A stretch of DNA of 18,323 nucleotides from Candidatus Heimdallarchaeota archaeon (GCA_016839945.1 JAEOTE010000023.1:1-18323); one strand, 5' to 3'. Shown: positions 1 through 7,791, numbered from the stretch's first letter. Notes: generated by a model not told the origin, from the sequence alone. Numbers and translations: made by a program.

Positions 1-43
1 CATCCCTTCCACATAAGACAAAAACAGGATACTTAGAAACCAT
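1..43 (-). CDS. Possible 5' end of a gene running off the left edge (MVSKYPVFVLCGRD...); may be a nucleotidyltransferase/NTP-transferase-like N-terminus
   Basis: ATG at 43 on the minus strand, open to the window edge. The hydrophobic strand followed by L-C-G resembles the 'xxVLAGG' first strand of NTP transferases. Only 14 codons are visible. Confidence 0.35.
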   Translation of the reverse strand, partial: MVSKYPVFVLCGRD

Positions 44-206
44 AATAATCGAAAAACAAAATGAGTACTCACTTAAAAAATATTGCATGCGATGATGAAT
101 GCATTTTTCGATAGTTTTAGAAGGTTTGCTAAAACAATAGAGATTCGTTTTAGAGAAGTTCAGATAAGTTCTAATTTATTGTTAAATCTCACGAATGAGG
201 TGAGTT

Positions 207-1226
207 TTAAGGTGTAACAAAGAGCAATGCCCATATCCAATCGACTATTGTGTGAATTAGCATTGCAGATAATAAACCACCTTTCCACCAACAAATACCA
301 TAAACAGCTCCTGCAATTGTGGCTAGAAGAATATAGACCCAAGCAAGCTCAGGAGTAGTATTATTCCAATGAGACAGACCAAAGATAGCGGATGCAACAA
401 TTAGCACACCCCATTTCCAATATTTGAAATATTTATTTTCTTTAGAGATTACATTCTTTGTTAACTGATGTTGAATCACACCTCTAGCAATGATTTCTTC
501 AGGAAGAGCTATTGTTAACCATATTCCTATAAAAGAAAAGAAGAACATGAGAGTTCCTGGCCATTGAGGAGACCAACTAAGAAAATTGGTAACAAGACCT
601 ATAGGGATTGTAATAATTGCTAGTAATCCGCTTAAAGATAAAGGTAGTAAGAGCTTGTTTTTGTTGATTCCCCAATTAAATTTCTTTGAGAAATCATCAA
701 TTTGAACTGAAAGTGAAGCAAGGATGAGAGAACTAACCATCAAAGCATTTAACTCATATTGAAAACCAATGCCTGGAGTAATTTCATAGGTATATCTTCG
801 ATCAAAACCTACTGCTATGATAATTACAGAAATGAGATGAAAAGCAAAATCATAGGAAAAATCTTCTAGAAATGTTGGAATAATAAGAATAAGAGCTGGT
901 ATAGCATACCAAATAAAAAAAGAAAAAACAGATATTTTCACACTATCTACAAATACCCAAGAAATTAGTGGAAGGAGCACAACAACAATTATTAACAAAT
1001 AATAACTAACTTTACTCTCTTTTAGAAATTCGATAATTCTTTTGTTAGTAAAAGGAATAACAAAAAAACAAGATAATGAACAATAGAAAAAAAGTAGAAA
1101 ACCAACAATAAAAGAATGAGCGAAACTTGGTTGTTTTTCAATTATTGGTACTAAAATAGCTAGTACTCCTGAGAGTATAGGAATAATTATTGAACTGATT
1201 AGGAATTTCCTATTTGATTCATTCAT
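207..1226 (-). CDS. CPBP (Abi / type II CAAX) family intramembrane glutamic/metalloprotease with an extended multi-TM N-terminus
   Basis: Motifs PEEIIARG (EExxxR), FGLSH (FxxxH) and HTIVD (HxxxD/N), plus many TM segments. ATG 1226 is preferred over TTG 1244 because it lies 1 nt after the upstream stop (TAA-A-ATG). Confidence 0.9.
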   Translation of the reverse strand: MNESNRKFLISSIIIPILSGVLAILVPIIEKQPSFAHSFIVGFLLFFYCSLSCFFVIPFTNKRIIEFLKESKVSYYLLIIVVVLLPLISWVFVDSVKISVFSFFIWYAIPALILIIPTFLEDFSYDFAFHLISVIIIAVGFDRRYTYEITPGIGFQYELNALMVSSLILASLSVQIDDFSKKFNWGINKNKLLLPLSLSGLLAIITIPIGLVTNFLSWSPQWPGTLMFFFSFIGIWLTIALPEEIIARGVIQHQLTKNVISKENKYFKYWKWGVLIVASAIFGLSHWNNTTPELAWVYILLATIAGAVYGICWWKGGLLSAMLIHTIVDWIWALLFVTP

Positions 1227-1227
1227 T

Positions 1228-1974
1228 TTATATCTTTTTCCCAACTGATGCCAAATATATTACAAAGAGGTTTTCACCATCAATACGAAGAACTTTATTA
1301 AAAATATCATCATGAAAAGCTGCGATAGCACATACTCCTGCATTGATATTCCCAGCTGCTAAGTATAGATTCTGGCAGACATGCCCAGCATCAATATGAA
1401 GATACCTATAACCTCTTTCAACATATCTCCAGAACATTCTGTAAACATCTGCTACCCAAATGAATGTTACTGAATCGTTCTTAACCATCTTTTGACCATA
1501 AGCAGCTTCAACAACTTCATCTGCAATACCATCTGTCATAATGTATTCAACAAGTTTGTGCTCTAAAGCTACATATTGGTAAATTCCAGTATCAAGTCCT
1601 TCAACATTATTAACCAGTAAGAACGTTTCAAAAGCATGTCTAGCTCCAGCTGAAGGAACATTTCTTAATGTGGCATAATTATCACCATAGATCTCTTTTA
1701 CACCTTGAGTAGTCCAAAGTAACCATGAAAGATCTTCCAAAGACAAAGGTTCATCAGAATATTTTCTAACGCTTTCTCTTTCCTCAATAGCCTGTATAAG
1801 GTTAAAATCCTTTATCTTCAAATCCTTGGGATTTGGTAAAACAATACTCTTTCTTTTATGAGCGTATTCTATCTCAAGAGGAGGTTGAGGTAATTCAAGA
1901 CTTTGGTCAGATTTGGAAACATATTCATACTTTGTTTTTTCCATAAACTCTTTTCCAATATGATCTTTTTTCAT
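1228..1974 (-). CDS. SagB/ThcOx-family FMN-dependent dehydrogenase (nitroreductase-like fold)
   Basis: RESVRKY FMN-binding motif, RNVPSAGARHAFE, and RGYRYLHIDAGHVCQNLYLAA. ATG 1974 (MKKDHIGKEF) is chosen because AGGTGA lies 5 nt upstream. Confidence 0.9.
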   Translation of the reverse strand: MKKDHIGKEFMEKTKYEYVSKSDQSLELPQPPLEIEYAHKRKSIVLPNPKDLKIKDFNLIQAIEERESVRKYSDEPLSLEDLSWLLWTTQGVKEIYGDNYATLRNVPSAGARHAFETFLLVNNVEGLDTGIYQYVALEHKLVEYIMTDGIADEVVEAAYGQKMVKNDSVTFIWVADVYRMFWRYVERGYRYLHIDAGHVCQNLYLAAGNINAGVCAIAAFHDDIFNKVLRIDGENLFVIYLASVGKKI

Positions 1975-1979
1975 GCAAA

Positions 1980-1985
1980 TCACCT
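1980..1985 (-). promoter_or_regulatory. Archaeal-type Shine-Dalgarno AGGTGA for the SagB-family gene
   Basis: The minus strand reads AAAGGTGATTTGC-ATG. Confidence 0.7.
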
Positions 1986-2118
1986 TTATTAATGATAATG
2001 TTAAGTAGTTTTTATTTTTAACCCATAAATTAGATTTTTTCAAGTTTCATTAATACTTACCTTCAGAATTTTAAATGAAAAAGATAATATAAACAAAAAT
2101 CTATGCTTTTACTGAAAG

Positions 2119-3699
2119 ATGAAATTCGTTCTTCTAAAATACAAACTTGATAAAAATAACAATTATACATTTTTTCTATTAATTTTCTTATTATGTTTGG
2201 TTTTGTCTCCTAATTTAGTTTCATCTAATGATTACAAAATCAATAAAATGATTGGAGATCCCAATATTAAATTAAAAGGAGAGTATTTTGACGGTTACAA
2301 TCTCTTTGTTCTAGAAAGAAGAGATTTAGATACACAACTTTCTGTTGATAAAACTATTCTAATAGTTGATATGAAAGGTGAAGTCTATCTCGAAAGAGAT
2401 TTTGGAACTGATACTTTTATGGGAGTGGAATTTGTTAATTCTACTACTCTATTGATGGGAAAAGGTGCAGGAGCAGCTTTGTGGAACATTGAAACTAATG
2501 AGTATGTGCAAATGAGTTTTTATGGACATCATGATTATGAATTTAATAAAGCAAATAATACATATTTCACTCTAAATGTTTATTTTCTTGAACATGAAGG
2601 AACAACTTATGGATTTGATAGAATTGAAGAATATACTCCTGATGGAGAATTTATTTGGCATGTAAATACTAGTGATTTCATTTCCTTTGATCACTGGTGT
2701 CCATTCAATGACACAGATTTTGGAGGATTAGCAGATCTAACTCACTCAAATTCTATTTTCTATGATGAAGATTATGATGTTCTGTATCTGAATTGCAGAA
2801 ACACAAATACATTTTATAAAATAGACCACAAGACTGGGGAACTTATTTATGCTTTAGGTGAGTATGGAGATTTTACTCTTTTTGATATTTATGGTAACCA
2901 AAAAGATAGTCTATTCTATCATGGTCATGCTCTTGAGAAGATAAATGATGATACTTTCATATATTTCGATAATGATGTTCACAATCAAACAGATGCATTA
3001 AACTTTCATTCGCGAATAATCGAAATTACTGTTAACGAGAGCTCAATGGAAGCTCAAATAACTTGGAAATGGGAATCTCCCAAAGAATATTTTTCAGCCT
3101 GGTGGGGAAATGCTAACCTACTACCAAACAATAATAGACTGGGAACATTTGGAACACATGGACATGATGGGAGTACCACGATAGGTGCAAGATTAGTAGA
3201 AGTTGATATTTTAGGAAATATAGTTTGGGAAATGAATTTTCCTAGAGATGGAGATATTTCTCATGGAGTTTATGTAATGGATAGAATTCGTTTATCTCCA
3301 ATAATTGGTATTAATGATACTTATTGGTCCAAATTTGGAGAAGATGCGATTATAAATTTCCAAACATGGTATAACTTCAGAAATAAGTATTCCATGAATG
3401 GTAATTTTTCAATTTATTTAGATGGAACTAAAATGGAAAGTAGAGAATTTACATTTGAAAAGTACTGGCAACCTACTAATTTAATCACTAATTTGGGGAT
3501 TCTTAATAGTGGTAATTATAATCTAACGATTATTTTGGAGGACGAAGGTAATCACCAAACAATAAAAAATGTAGAGCTACTTATTTCAAAGAAACCTCCA
3601 ATCACAAAAACTCCAGGATTTCAGCTTATGATAGTTTTTCCAACTCTCTTTGTAGTAGTTTTTATGGTTTATAGAAGAGTTAAGAAAAGAATCCTCTGA
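2119..3699 (+). CDS. Secreted aryl-sulfate sulfotransferase (ASST) family beta-propeller with a C-terminal PGF-CTERM-like membrane anchor
   Basis: N-terminal hydrophobic signal. ASST-type motifs GHHD, DLTHSNSIFYD, LNCRN, FYHGH, YFDN, SRIIE and GNANLLPNNN. Ends TKTPGF + TM helix + RRVKKR. Confidence 0.85.
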   Translation: MKFVLLKYKLDKNNNYTFFLLIFLLCLVLSPNLVSSNDYKINKMIGDPNIKLKGEYFDGYNLFVLERRDLDTQLSVDKTILIVDMKGEVYLERDFGTDTFMGVEFVNSTTLLMGKGAGAALWNIETNEYVQMSFYGHHDYEFNKANNTYFTLNVYFLEHEGTTYGFDRIEEYTPDGEFIWHVNTSDFISFDHWCPFNDTDFGGLADLTHSNSIFYDEDYDVLYLNCRNTNTFYKIDHKTGELIYALGEYGDFTLFDIYGNQKDSLFYHGHALEKINDDTFIYFDNDVHNQTDALNFHSRIIEITVNESSMEAQITWKWESPKEYFSAWWGNANLLPNNNRLGTFGTHGHDGSTTIGARLVEVDILGNIVWEMNFPRDGDISHGVYVMDRIRLSPIIGINDTYWSKFGEDAIINFQTWYNFRNKYSMNGNFSIYLDGTKMESREFTFEKYWQPTNLITNLGILNSGNYNLTIILEDEGNHQTIKNVELLISKKPPITKTPGFQLMIVFPTLFVVVFMVYRRVKKRIL

Positions 3700-4351
3700 T
3701 TCTTTTTAGAACTTGTTTAACTTCATGTGAAGGAATATCATACCAGTTTTTGTATGCATCAGCAACTGCAAAAGGATATCTAGTTCGTACGTTTAAACAA
3801 ATGATTTTGTCTACTAATTCTTCTATTTTATTTAAGGAGTCTAATGGAGCAGTTGGTACTGCTATAGTTACAGATTTTGCTCCCTTTTCCTTTAACCATG
3901 TTGCTCCAGCTATCATTGAAAATCCTGAAGCTATTCCATCATCAGTTAGAAGAATTGATTTATTTTTTACTTCATAATCTTTCAATTCATATTCTTTCTT
4001 TCTCTCTTCAATTGCGATTAAAGCGTCTTTTACTTTCCTTTCAATAGCTTCCTCTTCTATGTTATAAGATCGAATGAGCTGTTGATTGAAAAACACATTT
4101 CCATCAGGAGTAATTGCTCCCATTCCTGCTTCTTGAGTCCATGGAACATGAACTTTTCTTATCAGAAGCAAGTTAAATTCTTGAGGTTTTAGATATTCTA
4201 TAATAGGTTCAGCTACAGGAACTCCTCCATTAGGAATAGCTAAGATTAAATCTATATCTTCAGTTATAAATTCCTGTAAAAGCTTTCCTGCTGAGAATCT
4301 GCTATCAAAAATTCGATACTCATTACGCATCCCTTTGTTTTCAACTATCAC
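3680..4351 (-). CDS. Type I phosphoribosyltransferase family protein (uncharacterised 'DRxxAG' subfamily)
   Basis: PRPP-binding loop LLTDDGIASGFS, plus FDSRFSAG, AIPNGGVPVA and IAVPTAP. Start is either GTG 4351 or ATG 4330. Overlaps the 3' end of the ASST gene convergently by 20 bp. Confidence 0.88.
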   Translation of the reverse strand: MIVENKGMRNEYRIFDSRFSAGKLLQEFITEDIDLILAIPNGGVPVAEPIIEYLKPQEFNLLLIRKVHVPWTQEAGMGAITPDGNVFFNQQLIRSYNIEEEAIERKVKDALIAIEERKKEYELKDYEVKNKSILLTDDGIASGFSMIAGATWLKEKGAKSVTIAVPTAPLDSLNKIEELVDKIICLNVRTRYPFAVADAYKNWYDIPSHEVKQVLKRIRGFFS

Positions 4352-4387
4352 ATATAACAGATAGAAAACAAGTAAATTAATTTATTG

Positions 4388-4394
4388 AAAAAAA
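4388..4394 (-). terminator. Oligo-T (T7) archaeal-type terminator candidate after the MFS gene
   Basis: The minus strand reads TTCCTCTTTTTTTC about 14 nt after the MFS stop. Confidence 0.4.
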
Positions 4395-4407
4395 GAGGAA
4401 TTGATGC

Positions 4408-5673
4408 TTATGATTTTAGTTCATAAGCATCTAGATCTTTCATTCTGAATGCAAATATGGCAGCGATTGCTAATATTACAGCATAAATAATGAAATTAAA
4501 AACATCAGTACTTATACCAAATATTATACCCAGAAGAGCTATTCCACCTATCTGTCCTATCCACATTAACCAACCATTAGAAGTTTCTTCAGGTATTGGA
4601 TGAGTGATTTCTGCTGCAAAAGTAAGCCCTACTGGTAAAGCAGCTATCAATAGAAAACCAAAAAAGAATCCAATAATACAATGTAGAATATATAATAGCA
4701 TAAAGGTTTTAATGAAATATTCAACAAAGAAGAACAACAGAGTACAAATTGCTCCAGCTATAGCAGACGTTATTAGAAATGGTTTTCTTTTTCGATATTT
4801 ATCTGAAAGTGTTGAAAGAGTAACTGCCCCAGCTATCCCTCCAACTATCATTATTCCTCCTAAAATACCAAGTAGATCATCTGGAGTAAATCCAGCTGGT
4901 ATAGTTAGTACCTTTAATGAATTATATAATTGAGCTATTCCTGTGGATACAGCATTAAAAGTTCCTGCTCCAAACAAGAATAGAATAAGCAATATATTGA
5001 AATCCTTATGCTTGAACAAATCCCATGTTCCTTTGGTTTCGAAAACTTTAGTTTTATCACTATAAGGATTTGGAGGAGTATCAGGTTTATCTTTGACAAA
5101 TATTAGATAAAGCACCATGAAAGCGAGTGCTATTCCACCATAAATGTATAGCATTATTGTAGGTTCTCCAGCAGGATTCAAAAGGAATGGAGAAATTAGC
5201 ATACCGAGTAAAACTCCCAGTAAAACAAACATTGTACCTAAACTTGTTGAGAGAGCTTTTTCTTTTTCTGGAAACCAGTTGGTAGATACTTTTGTAAATG
5301 AGTTTAGTAGAAAAGGTTGACCAATAGCACAACCAATTTGGAAAATCAATACCCAATGATACTGAGTAGAAACTGCTCTTAAAATTCCAAATATTCCAGT
5401 AAGTATAACACCTATACCTGTTCCCCATTTCAGACCAAATTTATCAATCGCTAAGGCTGCAGGAATATTCATTGGGATATAAACAATCATAAATACTAAG
5501 GAAAGCATAAGAATAGCGTTGGATCCCACTCCGTAAAATGCTATTGCTGAGGGTTCAATCGCAGCGAAAGTTATCCATATCATTTGGTTAATTAAAGCTA
5601 TTAATCCGAATAAAACTAGTACAATCCATCGATAAGAATATACCTTATATTCAGTTGTTACTGTCGTATTCAT
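4408..5673 (-). CDS. MFS transporter, FLVCR/SLC49-like
   Basis: About 12 TM helices. Motifs YKVYSYRW, NQMIWITF, IDKFGLK, GQPF..K.STNWFPEKE, DKPDTPP, SDKYRKRK and AAEITHPIPEETSNG. Confidence 0.9.
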   Translation of the reverse strand: MNTTVTTEYKVYSYRWIVLVLFGLIALINQMIWITFAAIEPSAIAFYGVGSNAILMLSLVFMIVYIPMNIPAALAIDKFGLKWGTGIGVILTGIFGILRAVSTQYHWVLIFQIGCAIGQPFLLNSFTKVSTNWFPEKEKALSTSLGTMFVLLGVLLGMLISPFLLNPAGEPTIMLYIYGGIALAFMVLYLIFVKDKPDTPPNPYSDKTKVFETKGTWDLFKHKDFNILLILFLFGAGTFNAVSTGIAQLYNSLKVLTIPAGFTPDDLLGILGGIMIVGGIAGAVTLSTLSDKYRKRKPFLITSAIAGAICTLLFFFVEYFIKTFMLLYILHCIIGFFFGFLLIAALPVGLTFAAEITHPIPEETSNGWLMWIGQIGGIALLGIIFGISTDVFNFIIYAVILAIAAIFAFRMKDLDAYELKS

Positions 5674-5692
5674 AACACACTTGCATTATAGC

Positions 5693-5703
5693 TTATTTAA
5701 AAA
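5693..5703 (-). promoter_or_regulatory. Putative TATA box for a leaderless MFS transcript
   Basis: Minus-strand TTTTTAAATAA about 20-25 nt before ATG 5673, with no SD. Confidence 0.45.
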
Positions 5704-5752
5704 TCTTTAATGTTCGTCAATTCAGAAAACAATTCAAAACTAAATATTGGAA

Positions 5753-6604
5753 TTATCCTGTATATTTGACGAATGTTCCTTCTCGATATTCCTCAAAAGC
5801 TAATCTAATCTCTTCTTTAGTATTCATTACAATTGGACCATACCATGCAACTGGTTCGTTTATTGGTTTACCTGAAACAATGAGGAATCGAACAGGACTA
5901 TCAGCTGTTGAAATTTTAACCTCTTCTCCATCTTCATAAATAATTAGGTTTTCTTTATTCAACAATAACTCTTTTTCATCATCAAAGTAACCTTCTCCCT
6001 GTATCACATAAGCAAATGCGTTATGTCCTTTTTTAATGGGATGAATAAATTCAGAGTTGGGTTTGATTGTTACATCTAGATACTCTGGATCAGTTACAAT
6101 GTCTTGAACTGGTCCTTTTATTCCATTGACTTCTCCACAAATAATCTTGACTCTAGCTCCATTAACTTCAACATCAGGAATTTCCTCTTTCTTAACATCT
6201 CTGTATCTAGGATTCATCATTTTGCTACTTGCTGGTAGGTTTGCCCACAATTGAAAACCCCACATTAATCCTTCAGATCTTGCTGGCATTTCTTCATGAA
6301 TAATTCCATTCCCTGCAGTCATCCACTGAACATCACCTGAACCAATTAATCCTTCATTTCCTAGACTGTCTTTATGTTCAACTTCACCTTCTAAAACATA
6401 AGTAATAGTCTCTATTCCCCGATGAGGGTGAAAAGGAAAACCTGCTAGATAATCATCAGGATTATCTGAACCAAAATCATCAAGTAATAGGAAAGGATCT
6501 AGTTTTGGATTATCTTCACCAAAAGCTCTCTTTAGTTTTACTCCAGCTCCTTCCATAGTTGTTTTACTTTGTCTAACTTTGTGAATTTTTCTAATATCTG
6601 ACAT
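5753..6604 (-). CDS. Pirin family bicupin (Fe-binding)
   Basis: DPFLLLDDF, GFPFHPHRGIETITY, VQWMTAGNGIIHEE, FQLWANLP and GPIVMNT. The three His and one Glu metal ligands are present. Confidence 0.96.
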   Translation of the reverse strand: MSDIRKIHKVRQSKTTMEGAGVKLKRAFGEDNPKLDPFLLLDDFGSDNPDDYLAGFPFHPHRGIETITYVLEGEVEHKDSLGNEGLIGSGDVQWMTAGNGIIHEEMPARSEGLMWGFQLWANLPASSKMMNPRYRDVKKEEIPDVEVNGARVKIICGEVNGIKGPVQDIVTDPEYLDVTIKPNSEFIHPIKKGHNAFAYVIQGEGYFDDEKELLLNKENLIIYEDGEEVKISTADSPVRFLIVSGKPINEPVAWYGPIVMNTKEEIRLAFEEYREGTFVKYTG

Positions 6605-6680
6605 TTGTTTTTCACTTTAATTTTCTAAGTACAAAAACTATGATTTTACTTATATTACTTGAGGATTTACAAAAACATCT

Positions 6681-6688
6681 TTTTATAT
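6681..6688 (+). promoter_or_regulatory. Putative TATA box for a leaderless methyltransferase transcript
   Basis: TTTTATAT ends 22 nt before ATG 6711, with an A-rich BRE-like stretch upstream. Confidence 0.5.
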
Positions 6689-6710
6689 TAACAAAATTCT
6701 GAAGCAAATA

Positions 6711-7307
6711 ATGGAAAAAGATTCAATTAATAAAGATGGTTACAACAAAATTGCTTCGAAATATCATGAAGAAAGAAATATTTTCAATAATACAAAAGAA
6801 ATAGATTATTTTGATGAGCTTCTACCAAAAACAGGGAAGATATTGGATGTTGGTTGTGGTTCTGGTTATGGTGTAAGATATCTAGTTGAAAAAGGATATT
6901 CAGTAATAGGAGTAGATATCTCTGAAAGCATGTTAAAAATTGCTAAGGAGACTGTTCCAAAAGCTGAGTTTATTGAAGCAGATATGACCAAACTTACTTT
7001 TCCAGATAATTTATTTGACGGTATTGTTTCCCTTTATGCAATATTCCATGTATCTAGAGAAAAGCATGAACAATTGTTTAGAGATTTTCATCGTATGTTG
7101 AAAGCAGGTGGAATTTTATTTTTCTGTATTAATTATAATGAATCGGAAGAATCAGCTGATTTTCTTGGTGCTGAAATCTTTTGGAGTAGCTATGGTTCAG
7201 AAAAAACAATTCAATTGGTTGAACAAGCTGGTTTCGAAATAATCTTTGAAGCATTACTAGAAAGAGGGGGAGAAGAACATTATTGGATTTTTGCAAAAAA
7301 ACATTAG
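6711..7307 (+). CDS. Class I SAM-dependent methyltransferase
   Basis: Motif I ILDVGCGSG, plus GVDISESML, ADM, FDGIVSLYAIFH and LKAGG. Ends in TAG. Confidence 0.93.
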   Translation: MEKDSINKDGYNKIASKYHEERNIFNNTKEIDYFDELLPKTGKILDVGCGSGYGVRYLVEKGYSVIGVDISESMLKIAKETVPKAEFIEADMTKLTFPDNLFDGIVSLYAIFHVSREKHEQLFRDFHRMLKAGGILFFCINYNESEESADFLGAEIFWSSYGSEKTIQLVEQAGFEIIFEALLERGGEEHYWIFAKKH

Positions 7308-7700
7308 AAAAATCAAGATATAAGAAGGATATCTAATCTTTCAGCAAATAAACTTAAAGAAATTAATTTATCACCTCTGGAAAATAATGCAAATCTAGAA
7401 GGTTTAGCTCTAAATGCAAACAGATTATCAGAACTGAATCTTAATCCATTAAAAAAATGTGTAAATTTGAAGAAACTGTTGATAAATTCAAATGGTCTTT
7501 CAGAAATGGATCTTCTCCCAATAAAGAACTACAAAAATCTTCAAACTTTAAAATTAGGAAGTAATAATCTGAAAGAGTGTGACCTTTCTCCGTTAAGTTC
7601 TTGTTTAAAACTAGAGAAGTTAGAAATTCATGGAAATAATTTTACAGAAATTGATTTATCTCCATTAAATAATTGTAGAAACCTAAAAATGTCAAGATAA
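7308..7700 (+). pseudogene. Start-less leucine-rich-repeat frame (about five 24-aa LxxLxLxxNxLxx(I/L)DLxPL repeats), probably a gene remnant
   Basis: The frame is open from 7308: KNQDIRRISNLSANKLKEINLSPLENNAN LEGLALNANRLSELNLNPLKKCVN LKKLLINSNGLSEMDLLPIKNYKN LQTLKLGSNNLKECDLSPLSSCLK LEKLEIHGNNFTEIDLSPLNNCRN LKMSR*. The ORF track's TTG 7467 is an internal repeat Leu. The frame begins and ends mid-repeat. Confidence 0.75.
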
Positions 7701-7721
7701 AACTAGAATGATTCTTGTTTT
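7699..7721. repeat. Imperfect 23-bp palindrome AAAACTAGAAT-G-ATTCTTGTTTT
   Basis: 11-bp arms with one mismatch and a 1-nt centre, about 75 nt upstream of the SRPBCC start. Confidence 0.55.
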
Positions 7722-7781
7722 TAAGATATGTTAAATTTGGTGAATCCTCGTCCTTAAATAATAAAAAATTGAGATTCATTT

Positions 7782-7791
7782 AAGGAGATGA
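7782..7791 (+). promoter_or_regulatory. Shine-Dalgarno (AAGGAGATGA) for the SRPBCC gene
   Basis: Lies 5 nt before ATG 7797. Confidence 0.65.

Noticed and set aside
114-155. GTTTTAGA copies resembling the start of a type II CRISPR repeat
   Set aside because: The match is only 7-9 bp, there is no repeat-spacer periodicity, and no cas genes are present.
91-165. ATGATGA as the C box of a C/D-box sRNA, or the start of a fluoride riboswitch
   Set aside because: There is no CTGA D box at a suitable distance, and the riboswitch pseudoknot elements are absent.
160-342. 60-aa Ser/Cys-containing ORF as a possible RiPP precursor for SagB
   Set aside because: It lies mostly inside the CPBP gene in another frame, has no SD, and lacks leader/core organisation.
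3680-3699. 20-bp convergent overlap of the ASST and PRT genes
   Set aside because: Short tail-to-tail overlaps are common in compact genomes, and nothing suggests a function.
3750-5428. ORFs 3750-3977, 4604-4933 and 5087-5428
   Set aside because: These are antisense or alternate-frame shadows of the PRT and MFS genes with no recognisable motifs.
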